Part shown: positions 1 through 9,938 of the stretch, one piece after another
How positions within the stretch are numbered: position 1 is the stretch's first letter
How the letters are laid out: the number at the start of each line of letters is the position of its first letter
Assembly: GCA_963796455.1 (NCBI GenBank)
Contig: CAWCLO010000010.1
Span: 1-64,000, forward strand
DNA: 64,000 bases
From: Candidatus Sulfomarinibacteraceae bacterium
GTDB lineage: Bacteria; Acidobacteriota; Thermoanaerobaculia; Thermoanaerobaculales; Sulfomarinibacteraceae
Reading direction: 5' to 3'
Notes under the pieces: generated by a model
Seen by the model: only the letters and a program-made list of their open reading frames with translations
Databases searched by the model: none
Told to the model about the DNA's origin: nothing
Position numbers and translations under genes: made by a program

Positions 1-121
1 CAAAGAGGAGGACCGCAAGCAACGCATCAGTGACCCCGCTGCGGCGCAACATGACGACGAGGCTGAACCCGATGTTGATCAGGAGGCCGCAGGCCGCCAG
101 CCACCAGATCGTTGCCGTCAT
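1..121 (-). CDS. mnhF: Mrp/Mnh antiporter subunit F, 5' part (runs off window)
   Basis: Manual translation MTATIWWLAACGLLINIGFSLVVMLRRSGVTDALLAVLLF; hydrophobic; ATG overlaps the mnhE stop. Confidence 0.6.
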   Translation of the reverse strand, partial: MTATIWWLAACGLLINIGFSLVVMLRRSGVTDALLAVLLF

Positions 122-663
122 GACCGATCCCCGAGACCGGTGAAGAGCCCGGCAACCCGCTCTTCAAGGCGTCGCAGGTCGGCCATGGGATCGTCGTTGA
201 TATCGATGGCGTGAACGTCGATACAGTCGCCATCGATCCCGGCGGACAGGGTCCCCGGAAGCAGGCTGATCGTGCTCAACATGAGGTGACGTGCGGGTCC
301 GGGGGACGAGGTTCGATACGCCACGTGGCCCGGCGCGATTCGCATCTCGGGCGCGAGCACGCGGCGGGCCACGTCCCAACCGCCGACAACGGATTCGCGC
401 AGAAAGTGAAAGGCGAAGGGAAATAGGCCCGACCACCGGAGGCCGTGCGGCAAAGAGGCCGGGAAGCGAGTCGCCGTCCACGCCGCGACAAGGACCGCCG
501 GGGCGCCGACATACCACGACTCGAGAGAGGGGCCGCAGAGTCCCAGCCAGATCACCGCGAGGACCGCCGCCGATCCGAGGAAACGAACGAGGCGGGGCCG
601 CCAGGTCCCCCGACTCGAGCCTAAAACGCCGGCTGAACTCGGTCGTGCTGGCGTGGGTTCCAT
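118..663 (-). CDS. mnhE: Na+/H+ antiporter subunit E
   Basis: GGWDVARRVL and ISLLPGTLS...DVHAID motifs typical of MnhE. Confidence 0.85.
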   Translation of the reverse strand: MEPTPARPSSAGVLGSSRGTWRPRLVRFLGSAAVLAVIWLGLCGPSLESWYVGAPAVLVAAWTATRFPASLPHGLRWSGLFPFAFHFLRESVVGGWDVARRVLAPEMRIAPGHVAYRTSSPGPARHLMLSTISLLPGTLSAGIDGDCIDVHAIDINDDPMADLRRLEERVAGLFTGLGDRS

Positions 664-984
664 CTCTCAGTCCACTCCGGCTGCAGCGGCCGTCCCGCGA
701 ACCGCCGGTCTCAGCCGCCGAGGACGCCGGGAATCGCTGCCGTCAAGGTCGCTGTTGGATTGCTGGTGGGCCACGGTCTTCCTTCCGTCAACAGTATCTC
801 AAAATGGCGACGAAGACGCACCATTCCAACTAAGGCCGACTGCCCGTCCCGCCGCAGGCCGTCAACCGGCACCACAAAGGTGCCAGATGGGATGAGTAAA
901 CCGGTCTCCTGGAGGGATGGATGGGTACGATGGGTACGATGGCTACCACATACACACTTCCACACTTGTTGATTTGGAAGGGAC

Positions 985-1245
985 GACTCGCAAGGGCGCA
1001 GCTCTCGACCAGGTACTGACGCGGAGGAGGATGCCCGGCTTCCGGCTTCGCCTAAAGGCTACGCCGTGACAAGTCGCTAGGAGCTTGCGGCTTCGCTCAG
1101 GAAGCTACGCCGTCACGAGACGCCGTGATTTGGCTTGCCAGGGCGTTAGTTTGAGACGCGGTACCGACGCGGAGGAGGATGCCCGGCTTCGCTAGGAGCT
1201 TCGCCGTGGCAGGCTTCTTTCTCTCCCTGCGTCGAGAACGAAGCC
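985..1245 (-). repeat. Two copies of a REP-doublet-like element directly after the displaced tRNA-Lys 3' fragment
   Basis: Homologous to 12828-12941 and to the repeats after tmRNA (core tgYcacggcgWagc...gcgaagccgg...cgccctggcaagcc). Confidence 0.8.
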
Positions 1246-1267
1246 TGGTGAGCCGTGCTGGATTCGA
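1246..1267 (-). mobile_element. att-like duplicate of the last 22 nt of tRNA-Lys (T-loop to CCA)
   Basis: tggtgagccgtgctggattcga is identical to 12978-12999. Confidence 0.9.
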
Positions 1268-1591
1268 TTCCGCCGGCGTTCCATAACGAGTTGCTGACCT
1301 GCGACCACTCCTGGCCGTTCTTGCTGACCCACACGTCCATCGGATTGGAGCGTTTAGAGGGGTTGGTGGGGTCGGTGCTTAGCCCAAATCCAACGAACAG
1401 CACGATCCGGTTTTGAACCACCATCGCCTGCAGGCCGGCACGGGGGCCCATTGTGCAGCGGCGTTCTGAACGTTCCATTCCCATGTTCCCAGGTCGGTGA
1501 AGCCCCGCCGTTTCGCATCCTGGGCAACGGCCGTTGCGGTTGTTGCGATGGTCAGAGCGACCACGAAAGTCAGTAGAAACCGAAAGCACAT
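1268..1591 (-). pseudogene. Remnant of a secreted beta-propeller/kelch-like protein gene, frameshifted and cut off at the att fragment
   Basis: Signal peptide in ORF 1379-1591; continues in another frame as WAPRAGLQ...NPMDVWVSKNGQEWSQV; ends at the tRNA fragment. Confidence 0.45.
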
Positions 1592-2107
1592 AGAATTTCT
1601 TCCGCTGTGTCAATCGTGTGGTTGATCGTTTGGTTTGGCGGAAATTTCCAGGCGACCCGGAAAAACCGCCCACCAATTTGACGTGTGGACCTTCACGAAC
1701 CCCTCCCGCCCCGGGAGAGGGGGCGGGAGGGCGGAAACAAAATATCCAAACCTGAAAAATGAGCCCGTGTGCCAATCCGATCGGTACGGCCCAACGACCA
1801 GCAAGTCGATATTGTCCACCCGTTCCAAAGTGAGGGTGGTCCGCTTGACACTGAAACGCCACTATTCGGACGAGGCTCGAGCTGCGGGCCGTGAGCGGCG
1901 GTCTTTGCGATCGCCCTCCAGTGTTGGTACAGTTTCATTCGATCTGAAAACCGTGAGAGAAGAACTCAGTGCTGTGCCGGTTCAGGTGATCGGGGTCGTA
2001 ACAGTCGATCCCCCTGCTTTCGCGCCCACCCTGCCCGCATCCGAGCCTCACCTTCAACCCTTGCGAATCAACGGATGGTTGGAGTTGTGTGACCCGGTGG
2101 GTGCCTC

Positions 2108-3295
2108 GTGACGACCGAACTCATCCTGGTCGGGGGCGGTCTCGCAAATAGCCTGATCGTTCACCGCATCCTCCACGAACGCCCGGATTTCCCGATGCTC
2201 GTCATCGACCGCCAGAATTCACTCGGCGGCGACCATACCTGGTCCTTTCACGACTCCGACCTCACCGTTCCTCAAAGGCATTGGGTCCAACCGTTGATCG
2301 CCCACCAATGGTCGAGCCAAGAGCTTCGCTTTCCCGGCCGGCGCCGCGTCATGAACGACGGCTACAACTCGGTGACTTCGGAGCATCTCCACAAGACGAT
2401 CGCCCCGGCCCTGAGAAACCGCCTGATGCTCGGAACGGAGGTGGCAGAAATCGGCCCGGGCGGTGTCACCCTGACAAGCGGTGAGCGAATCGGGGCGAGG
2501 GCCGTGATCGACGGCCGAGGCGATCCGGGCGGCCGCCACCTGGATATCGGATATCAGAAGTTCCTCGGCCTCTTTCTTCGCCTGGCCGAACCGCACGGGC
2601 TGAGTGGGCCGATTCTGATGGACGCCACGGTGGACCAGATCGATGGCTACCGTTTCGTCTATACCCTCCCATTCTCCGACACCGAGGTACTCATCGAGGA
2701 CACCTACTACGCCGACGAGCCCGACCTCGATCTCGATGAACTGCGCAGCGGGATCACGAGCTACGCCGAGAGCCAGGGCTGGATCACTGCCGAAATCACC
2801 GGACAGGAAAAGGGCGTCTTGCCCATCACTCTCGGCGGCGACATCGACGCCTTCTGGTCCGTCGGGCCCAATGGAGTTGCCCGTAGCGGGATGCGGGGCG
2901 CATTCTTCCACCCCACCACCGGGTACTCTTTGCCCGAGGCGGTCCGGCTGGCGGACGAGGTCGCGGCGATCCCCGATCTCGAGAGCACATCGCTTTTTGA
3001 GCTGACCCGGCGCCGTTCCAAAGACCTGTGGCGCCGCACCGCCTACTATCGGTTGCTCAATCGCATGCTCTTTCGAGCCGCCGTGCCCGAACATCGATAC
3101 CGTATCTTCGAACGGTTCTATGGTCTCTCCGAGGGCCTCATCCGCAGGTTCTACTCCGGTCAATTGAAATGGACCGACAAGGTCCGGCTGTTGGTCGGGA
3201 AACCGCCGGTGCCGGTTCACCGGGCGCTGGGATGTATTTTTGACACGCACGACCGAAATCAGACACTCTCATCATCGAGCGGAGGCACCGAGTGA
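2108..3295 (+). CDS. crtY: Lycopene beta-cyclase, CrtY type
   Basis: LVGGGLAN, HTWSFH, YQKFLG, ILMDATVDQ, FHPTTGYSLP motifs. Confidence 0.95.
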   Translation: MTTELILVGGGLANSLIVHRILHERPDFPMLVIDRQNSLGGDHTWSFHDSDLTVPQRHWVQPLIAHQWSSQELRFPGRRRVMNDGYNSVTSEHLHKTIAPALRNRLMLGTEVAEIGPGGVTLTSGERIGARAVIDGRGDPGGRHLDIGYQKFLGLFLRLAEPHGLSGPILMDATVDQIDGYRFVYTLPFSDTEVLIEDTYYADEPDLDLDELRSGITSYAESQGWITAEITGQEKGVLPITLGGDIDAFWSVGPNGVARSGMRGAFFHPTTGYSLPEAVRLADEVAAIPDLESTSLFELTRRRSKDLWRRTAYYRLLNRMLFRAAVPEHRYRIFERFYGLSEGLIRRFYSGQLKWTDKVRLLVGKPPVPVHRALGCIFDTHDRNQTLSSSSGGTE

Positions 3296-4788
3296 AACAA
3301 AAACGCGCAGCGGTCATCGGCAGCGGGTTCGGCGGTCTGACGCTGGCGGTTCGCCTGCAGGCGGCGGGGATCGCGACCACGGTCATCGAGAAACGCGACA
3401 AGCCCGGCGGGCGCGCCTATGTCTACGAAGACAAAGGCTACACCTTCGACGGCGGCCCGACCATCGTCACCGCACCTCCCAGCCTCGAGGAGGTCTTTGC
3501 GGCCGCCGGACGAGAAATGTCGGATTACATCACCCTGTTGCCGGTGATGCCCTTTTACCGGCTCTATTGGGAGGACGGCTACAGCTTCGACTACTCCAAC
3601 GACCTCGAGGCGACCACCCAACAGATCGCCGACAAGAATCCCCGCGATGTCGATGGCTACATGAAGTTTCTCGACTACGCCGAGGAAGTCTTTCACGAGG
3701 GCTACACCAAGCTGGCGGCGACGCCGTTTCTCAACTTCTGGAACATGATCCAGGTCTCGCCGCAGCTGATTCGCCTGCAGAGCTTCCGAAGCGTCTATTC
3801 GATCATCTCCAAGTTCATCAAAGACGATCACCTGCGCCAGGTCTTCAGTTTTCACCCGCTTCTGGTCGGCGGCAACCCCTACACCTCGTCATCCATCTAC
3901 ACGCTGATCCACTATCTCGAGCGCAACTGGGGCGTCTTCTTTGTCAAGGGCGGAACCGGAGCGTTGATCACGGCGCTCGTCAAGCTCTTCGAGGAACTCG
4001 GCGGCGAAATCCGACTCGACTCGCCGGTGGAGCGGATCCACACCTCCAACGGCAGGGTCACCGGCGTGACCACCGCCGACGGGTGGCACGGCGATTTCGA
4101 CGCCGTCGCCTCGAATGCCGATGTGGTCCACACCTATGACAAGCTGCTCAGCGACAACGGCAATGCCCAGCGAGAGGCCGCGCGGCTGAAGAAACGGCGG
4201 TTCAGCATGTCGCTCTTCGTCGCCTACTTCGGGGTCAAGCGCCGCCATACCCAGATCGCCCACCACGACATCCTTTTTGGTCCACGTTACAAACCGCACC
4301 TCGAAGAAATCTTCAACGGCCCGGGGGTCTCCGACGACTTCTCCCTCTACCTCCACGCCCCGACCCTGACCGATCCTTCGGTGGCGCCGGATGGCTGCGA
4401 AGCCTTCTATGTCCTGTCGCCGGTTCCCCACCTCGGCAACGCGCAGGTCGACTGGAGCGAAGAAGGCCCGCGGTATCGGGACAAGATCTTCGACTACCTC
4501 GAGAAGCGCTATCTGCCCAATCTCCAGGCCGACATCGAAACCGTTCGGATCATCACTCCGGATCACTTCAAAAACACCCTCAATTCGCACCTCGGCTCGG
4601 CCTTTTCGCTCGAACCGATCCTGACCCAGAGCGCGTGGTTCAGGGTCCACAACCGGGACAAGAAGATCGGCGGTCTCTACTTCGCCGGCGCCGGCACCCA
4701 CCCGGGGGCCGGGGTTCCCGGTGTGGTCAATTCGGCCAAAGCGACGGCGGGGTTGATGATCAGCGATCTGCTTGGCGAGAGCGGCTGA
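3292..4788 (+). CDS. crtI: Phytoene desaturase
   Basis: GSGFGGL, GGRAY, FDGGPT, HPLLVGGNP, GAGTHPGAGVPGV. Confidence 0.97.
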   Translation: MKQKRAAVIGSGFGGLTLAVRLQAAGIATTVIEKRDKPGGRAYVYEDKGYTFDGGPTIVTAPPSLEEVFAAAGREMSDYITLLPVMPFYRLYWEDGYSFDYSNDLEATTQQIADKNPRDVDGYMKFLDYAEEVFHEGYTKLAATPFLNFWNMIQVSPQLIRLQSFRSVYSIISKFIKDDHLRQVFSFHPLLVGGNPYTSSSIYTLIHYLERNWGVFFVKGGTGALITALVKLFEELGGEIRLDSPVERIHTSNGRVTGVTTADGWHGDFDAVASNADVVHTYDKLLSDNGNAQREAARLKKRRFSMSLFVAYFGVKRRHTQIAHHDILFGPRYKPHLEEIFNGPGVSDDFSLYLHAPTLTDPSVAPDGCEAFYVLSPVPHLGNAQVDWSEEGPRYRDKIFDYLEKRYLPNLQADIETVRIITPDHFKNTLNSHLGSAFSLEPILTQSAWFRVHNRDKKIGGLYFAGAGTHPGAGVPGVVNSAKATAGLMISDLLGESG

Positions 4789-4798
4789 GGACAGTCGG

Positions 4799-5752
4799 AT
4801 GGATCACGTCGTCGACCACGGCCAGGCGGTCATCGAAAAGGGCTCCTCGAGTTTTGCCGCTGCCTCGAAACTCTTTGACCCCACAACCCGCGGCCGCTCC
4901 CATATGCTCTACGCCTGGTGCCGCCACTGTGACGATCAGACCGATGATCAGGAACTCGGTTTCGACGGCTCCGAGCTTCCCCAGGAAGAAGGCAGGGCGC
5001 GGGTCGATCGGCTTCGCCGAGAGACGCAGCTCGCGCTTTCGGGTGAGTCCACGGACGATCCGATCTACGCAGGTCTTCAGCGGGTTGTTGCGGGCTGCGA
5101 CATGCCGCACCGATATCCCATGGAGCACCTCGACGGCTTCGTCATGGATGTGGAGGGCCGCGAGTACCGGACCCTCGATGACACGGTGGAGTACTGCTAC
5201 CACGTTGCCGGGGTGGTCGGTGTGATGATGGCCTACGTCATGGGTGTCCGGGACGAACCGACCCTCGACCGAGCCACCGATCTCGGCCTCGCCTTTCAGC
5301 TGACCAACATCTGCCGGGATGTGGTGGAGGACGCCGAGGTCGGACGAGTCTACCTGCCGCTGGATTGGCTCGTTGAGCGTGGGGTGCCGGCCGACCAGGT
5401 CGCGGCGCAAGCGCATCGCGACAGCGTCTTCGAAGTGGTTCGGAGGATTCTCACCGTGGCCGACCGCTACTATCAATCAGCCTGGCTCGGGATCTCCCAA
5501 CTCCCTCCCCGGTCGGCCTGGGCAGTGGCGGCAGCCAACGCGGTTTACAGCGACATCGGCCGGCTGATCCTCCAACGCGGCCCTCGTGCCTGGGACACAA
5601 GGACGTCAACCACCAAGGCTCGCAAGATCTCATTGGTTCTCGGAGCCGGACCGAAATCGTGGACGGCGAGGATGTGGGGCAAGGGACCGGGCGACGAACC
5701 GCGCGAAGGATTGTGGACGCGATCCAGAATCCAGGCAGTCGAAGATGAGTAG
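4799..5752 (+). CDS. crtB: Phytoene synthase
   Basis: GSSSFAAAS, LYAWCRHCDD, YCYHVAGVVG, LGLAFQLTNICRDVVED. Confidence 0.96.
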   Translation: MDHVVDHGQAVIEKGSSSFAAASKLFDPTTRGRSHMLYAWCRHCDDQTDDQELGFDGSELPQEEGRARVDRLRRETQLALSGESTDDPIYAGLQRVVAGCDMPHRYPMEHLDGFVMDVEGREYRTLDDTVEYCYHVAGVVGVMMAYVMGVRDEPTLDRATDLGLAFQLTNICRDVVEDAEVGRVYLPLDWLVERGVPADQVAAQAHRDSVFEVVRRILTVADRYYQSAWLGISQLPPRSAWAVAAANAVYSDIGRLILQRGPRAWDTRTSTTKARKISLVLGAGPKSWTARMWGKGPGDEPREGLWTRSRIQAVEDE

Positions 5753-6692
5753 TCCGGGCACGACGGGCCGCCATGTCGTGACCGAACGCGCCCTTCTGGT
5801 ACGCGACGTGGTCAAGCGATTCGGACAAACCACGGCGCTCGACCATGCCGGCCTCGAACTGCGCCGCGGCGAGCGTCTGGCCCTCCTCGGCCCCAATGGC
5901 GCCGGCAAGACCACCCTGGTCCGGTGTATCTGCGGCCGAGCGCTCCCCGACTCGGGCGAGATCGAGATGCTGGGCCGGCCGCTACCCCCGAGCGGCGGGC
6001 GGCACGAGCTCGGATTTGTTCCGCAGGATATCGCGTTGTACCCCGATCTCACCGCGCGAGAGAACCTCGAGGCCTTCGGCCGGTTCCACACGCTCACGGG
6101 CGGCGACCTTCGACAGGCAGTCGACTGGGCACTCGAGTGGACCGGGCTCGCAGACCGGGCGGGTGAGTTGACAAAGACCTATTCGAGCGGCATGAAACGG
6201 CGGGTCAACATCGCCTGCGGTGTCCTCCACCGGCCGTTGGTCCTTCTGCTCGACGAACCGACGGTGGGGGTGGACCCACAGAGCCGCGAACGGATCTTCG
6301 CCATGCTCGACGAGCTGTGGCAGCGGGGCACCTCGATCCTTTTGACCACCCACCAACTGGAAGAGGCGGAGCACCAATGTGATCGAATCGTCATTATTGA
6401 TCACGGGCATGCCATCGCCGAAGGCACTCTCGATGAGCTCATCGTGCGCACGGTGGGTTCGAACCGAAAGGTGATCTTCAAGCTCGTCCAGGCGTGCCCC
6501 GAACTCGATTGGACGATGATCAACGGTAACCCGCGAGAGCTCGTCGCCGAAGTTGAAGACGTGTCCCTCGAACTCCCCGAACTGCTGATTCAGATTCGCG
6601 AGCGCGGCGGTGTGGTCGCGGACCTCGAGGTCCACCCACCGTCGCTCCACTCAGTATTTCTCCACCTCACCGGCCGGGAGCTGCGCGAATGA
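5745..6692 (+). CDS. ABC-2 type exporter ATP-binding protein
   Basis: [28 protein letters not shown]. Confidence 0.93.
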   Translation: MSSPGTTGRHVVTERALLVRDVVKRFGQTTALDHAGLELRRGERLALLGPNGAGKTTLVRCICGRALPDSGEIEMLGRPLPPSGGRHELGFVPQDIALYPDLTARENLEAFGRFHTLTGGDLRQAVDWALEWTGLADRAGELTKTYSSGMKRRVNIACGVLHRPLVLLLDEPTVGVDPQSRERIFAMLDELWQRGTSILLTTHQLEEAEHQCDRIVIIDHGHAIAEGTLDELIVRTVGSNRKVIFKLVQACPELDWTMINGNPRELVAEVEDVSLELPELLIQIRERGGVVADLEVHPPSLHSVFLHLTGRELRE

Positions 6693-7894
6693 TCTGGACG
6701 GTGGTACGCGTGGGGCTCTTGCGAATGTGGCACGGCCGCACGGAGATCCTCCTGACGTTTGTCGTGCCGATCGCGTTCTTCACGATCTTCGCTTTCATCT
6801 TCGATGAGCAGATCGGGCTGGGCAAGTCGCCGAAAGTCAATCTGGCGTTGGTGGACGAGGACGACACCGAGCTCAGCCGGGAGTTGGTCTCGGCACTGGC
6901 CGAATGGGAAACCCTGCGCATCTACGCTCCGGTCGGAGAAGGCGAAGGGCTCTTCGTCTTTCCGTCGAGAAAGCCTGCTCGGGACCTCGTGCTCGCCGGC
7001 GCCCTCCCTCTGGCGGTGGTGGTCCCTGACGGCTGGGAGGCGTCCCTCACGGACCGTGGAAGCGAACCCGAGACCCTGCAGCTGCTGGCGGACACCTCGG
7101 ACCCCGTGGCGACTCAGGTGGTCACTGCGCTCATTCGACAGACCGCGGGTCAGATCAAGGGCGAGCGCGCCCGCCACCAGATCCAGACCTTCCTCGCCCT
7201 TTCACCAAAACAGTTTGACGAGTCACCGATCTCCCAACTGGCAACCCCGGTCACCGTCGATGTGGTCGATCTCCTGGCCGCCGACAAAGCCAACCCCGTG
7301 GTCTCCATGTACGCCGCCGGCATAGCGGTGATGTTCCTGCTCTTCGGCGCGGTGGGCAACTCGGGAACCCTGCTCGAGGAGGAGGAGAACCAGACCCTCG
7401 AGCGGCTCATGTGTTCGTCACTCAGCATGTCCGAACTCCTGGCGGGAAAATGGCTGCTGATGACGATCGTCGGCGTTGTCCAGGTGACCATCATGTTCGT
7501 CTGGGCCCAGCTTGCCTTCGGTGTCGACCTGGTGGGCCATCTCCCCGGGTTCTCGGTCATGACGGTGGTCACCGCGGCGGCGGCGAGCAGCTTCGCTCTT
7601 GTCTTGGCCGCCCTTTGCAAGAACCGCGCTCAATTGAACGCCGTCTCGGTCATTCTGATCCTCTGCATGTCCGCCCTCGGCGGCAGCATGGTCCCCCGCT
7701 ATGTCATGAGCGAGAGCATGCAACAGATCGGCAAGATCACCTTCAACGCGTGGGCTCTCGATGGCTACATCAAGGTCTTCTGGCGGGATCTTCCGCTTGG
7801 CGAACTCGCTCCGGAGGTCGCGGTACTGACCGCCGTCGCCATCGCCCTCTTCGGCATCGCACGTTTTCTGGCCCGTCGATGGGAGAGCGCATGA
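6689..7894 (+). CDS. ABC-2 type exporter permease
   Basis: N-terminal TM, extracytoplasmic loop, five C-terminal TMs; EEEENQTLERL motif; coupled to the ATPase gene. Confidence 0.9.
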   Translation: MIWTVVRVGLLRMWHGRTEILLTFVVPIAFFTIFAFIFDEQIGLGKSPKVNLALVDEDDTELSRELVSALAEWETLRIYAPVGEGEGLFVFPSRKPARDLVLAGALPLAVVVPDGWEASLTDRGSEPETLQLLADTSDPVATQVVTALIRQTAGQIKGERARHQIQTFLALSPKQFDESPISQLATPVTVDVVDLLAADKANPVVSMYAAGIAVMFLLFGAVGNSGTLLEEEENQTLERLMCSSLSMSELLAGKWLLMTIVGVVQVTIMFVWAQLAFGVDLVGHLPGFSVMTVVTAAAASSFALVLAALCKNRAQLNAVSVILILCMSALGGSMVPRYVMSESMQQIGKITFNAWALDGYIKVFWRDLPLGELAPEVAVLTAVAIALFGIARFLARRWESA

Positions 7895-7953
7895 TCAGCC
7901 CCCCGAGGATCCTCCGCGGACGACGGCGGTCGCTGAAGGGCTACAATGACCCG

Positions 7954-8421
7954 ATGCTCAACAGTCAGAGGATATTTTTCACCCTCCTTGTTGTGGTGCT
8001 TGCGGCCTGCGCTTCGGCGCCGCCTGAGCCCCCTGAAGCTCGACCCGAAGGCCAGGGTCGGGTTGAAGTCACCATGACGGGGTTCAAGAATCAGGAGGGA
8101 ACCGCGCAGGTGGCCCTCTTCATTGATTCCACCGGGTGGCCCGACGGCGAAATTTCGGTCTTCGCAACCGCAGTGGCCGCCATCAACGATGGCGAGGCCG
8201 TGGCCCTTTTTGAGGACGTGCCCGCCGGACCCTTTGCGGTCTCGGCCTACCACGACGAGGACGGCAACGGAGAGCTCAACTCCGCAGCGCTCGGGATTCC
8301 ATCGGAACCCTATGGGTTCTCGGCCGGCGCCAGCAACCTGTTCGGACCGCCGAGTTTTGAAAAAGCAACGATCGAGCTCGCCGCAGGCGAGACCCAACGA
8401 ATCACGATCAAGATCAAATAG
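7954..8421 (+). CDS. DUF2141-family lipoprotein
   Basis: Lipobox LAAC; YHDEDGNGELN...GIPSEPYGFS...FGPPSF. Confidence 0.85.
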   Translation: MLNSQRIFFTLLVVVLAACASAPPEPPEARPEGQGRVEVTMTGFKNQEGTAQVALFIDSTGWPDGEISVFATAVAAINDGEAVALFEDVPAGPFAVSAYHDEDGNGELNSAALGIPSEPYGFSAGASNLFGPPSFEKATIELAAGETQRITIKIK

Positions 8422-8426
8422 GTGGT

Positions 8427-9938
8427 GTGATGGAAATAACTCTGCCAAGGCACGGTACACACCGGAAGGTTCAAACGCCACAGACGGCGGTGATCGCCGG
8501 CGGCGGTCTTGCGGGAGTTGCGGCGGCGGTCGCCTTCGCCGAGCGCGGTGTCTCGGTCGTGCTGGCCGAACGTGAGTCCTTTCTCGGCGGCCGCGCCGGG
8601 GCATGGACCGACCGCCTGGCCACCGGCGAATCCTTCGAAATGGAACGGGGCTTTCACGCCTTCTTCCGCCAGTACTACAACCTGCAATCCCTGCTTCGCC
8701 GGATCGACGACCGGCTGTCCTTCCTCGAACCGCTCGAGGACTACCCGATTCTCGGCCCCGGTGGCCAGGTCGAATCGTTTTCCGGGCTCCCCAACAAACC
8801 CCCGTGGAATGTGATCGCCCTGACCAAGCGGACACCGACCCTCGGTCTGCGGGACTTGATGGGCGTCAACGGGTTGGCGGCGCTGTCCATGCTCCGGTAT
8901 GAGCGCGGATGGACCTACGGCCGCTACGACGAGATGACCGCCGGTGAGTATCTGGACTCGCTCAAATTCCCACCCGATGCGCGCCGAATGCTCTTCGATG
9001 TCTTCGCCCATTCCTTCTTCAACCCCGAGAACGACATGTCGGCGGGCGAGTTGCTGATGATGTTCCACTTCTACTTCTCGGGCAATCCCGAGGGCCTCAT
9101 CTTCGACGTCTCGAAGCAACCCTTCTCCACATCCATCTGGGGTCCCCTCCACGACTACATGACGGGACTGGGAGTCGATGTGCGTCTCGACTGCCCCGTG
9201 TCGAGGGTCGCAAAGGGCGCCGAAAAGAAGTGGAGCGTCGATCTCAACGGAGAGATGATCGAGGCCGATCATGTGGTCCTCGCCCTGACTGTCCCTGCCC
9301 TCCAGGCCGTGGTCGACCAATCTCCCGATCTCGACGACGCCGGCTTCCGGAACTCAATTGAGGAACTCGCACTCACCCACCCTTTCGCGGTCTGGCGGTT
9401 GTGGTTCGACCGCCCGGCCAACCCCGGCAGACCGCCGTTCGCCGGGACCACCGGGGTCGGCTGCATCGACAACATCTCGATCTACGATCTCTTCGAAGAC
9501 GAGAGTCGAAGCTGGGCTGAGCGAACCGGAGGTTCGGTGGTGGAACTGCACGCCTACGCCGTCGATCCCGGAATGGACGAACCCGAGGTCCGCCAAGACC
9601 TTCTCAATGGTCTCCACACCTTCTACCCCGAGTACATTGGCGCCGAGGTCATCGAGGAGCGTTTCCTGATCCGCCGCGATTGCCCCGCCTTCGCCCCGGG
9701 ATCCCACGCCAACCGGCCGGGGGTGGTGACACCACACGAGGGGATCGCACTGGCAGGGGATTTTGTCCGCCTGCCCATACCCAGCGCATTGATGGAGCGC
9801 GCGGTGGCATCGGGCTTTCTCGCCGCCAACCACCTCCTGGCGCCCCAGGACATCACACCCGAGCCTCTGCGCTCGATCCCGGTCTGCGGCCTCTTCAGCC
9901 GCCACCCGAAAGAGACGGAAGCGAGTCGTATGCGATGA
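8427..9938 (+). CDS. crtU: Carotenoid phi-ring synthase (isorenieratene synthase) family FAD oxidoreductase
   Basis: GGGLAG, RGFHAFFRQYYNL, VVELHAYA, ALMERA motifs as in actinobacterial CrtU. Confidence 0.85.
   Translation: MMEITLPRHGTHRKVQTPQTAVIAGGGLAGVAAAVAFAERGVSVVLAERESFLGGRAGAWTDRLATGESFEMERGFHAFFRQYYNLQSLLRRIDDRLSFLEPLEDYPILGPGGQVESFSGLPNKPPWNVIALTKRTPTLGLRDLMGVNGLAALSMLRYERGWTYGRYDEMTAGEYLDSLKFPPDARRMLFDVFAHSFFNPENDMSAGELLMMFHFYFSGNPEGLIFDVSKQPFSTSIWGPLHDYMTGLGVDVRLDCPVSRVAKGAEKKWSVDLNGEMIEADHVVLALTVPALQAVVDQSPDLDDAGFRNSIEELALTHPFAVWRLWFDRPANPGRPPFAGTTGVGCIDNISIYDLFEDESRSWAERTGGSVVELHAYAVDPGMDEPEVRQDLLNGLHTFYPEYIGAEVIEERFLIRRDCPAFAPGSHANRPGVVTPHEGIALAGDFVRLPIPSALMERAVASGFLAANHLLAPQDITPEPLRSIPVCGLFSRHPKETEASRMR

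Noticed and set aside
915..965. Possible degenerate GIY-YIG gene start and a short gatgggtac repeat next to the REP-like element
   Set aside because: Only a VYV-like fragment is visible with no continuing homology; too weak.
1635..2111. ORF upstream of crtY as a crtZ/crtX remnant
   Set aside because: No His-box or glycosyltransferase motifs, and part of it translates a hairpin repeat; not supportable.
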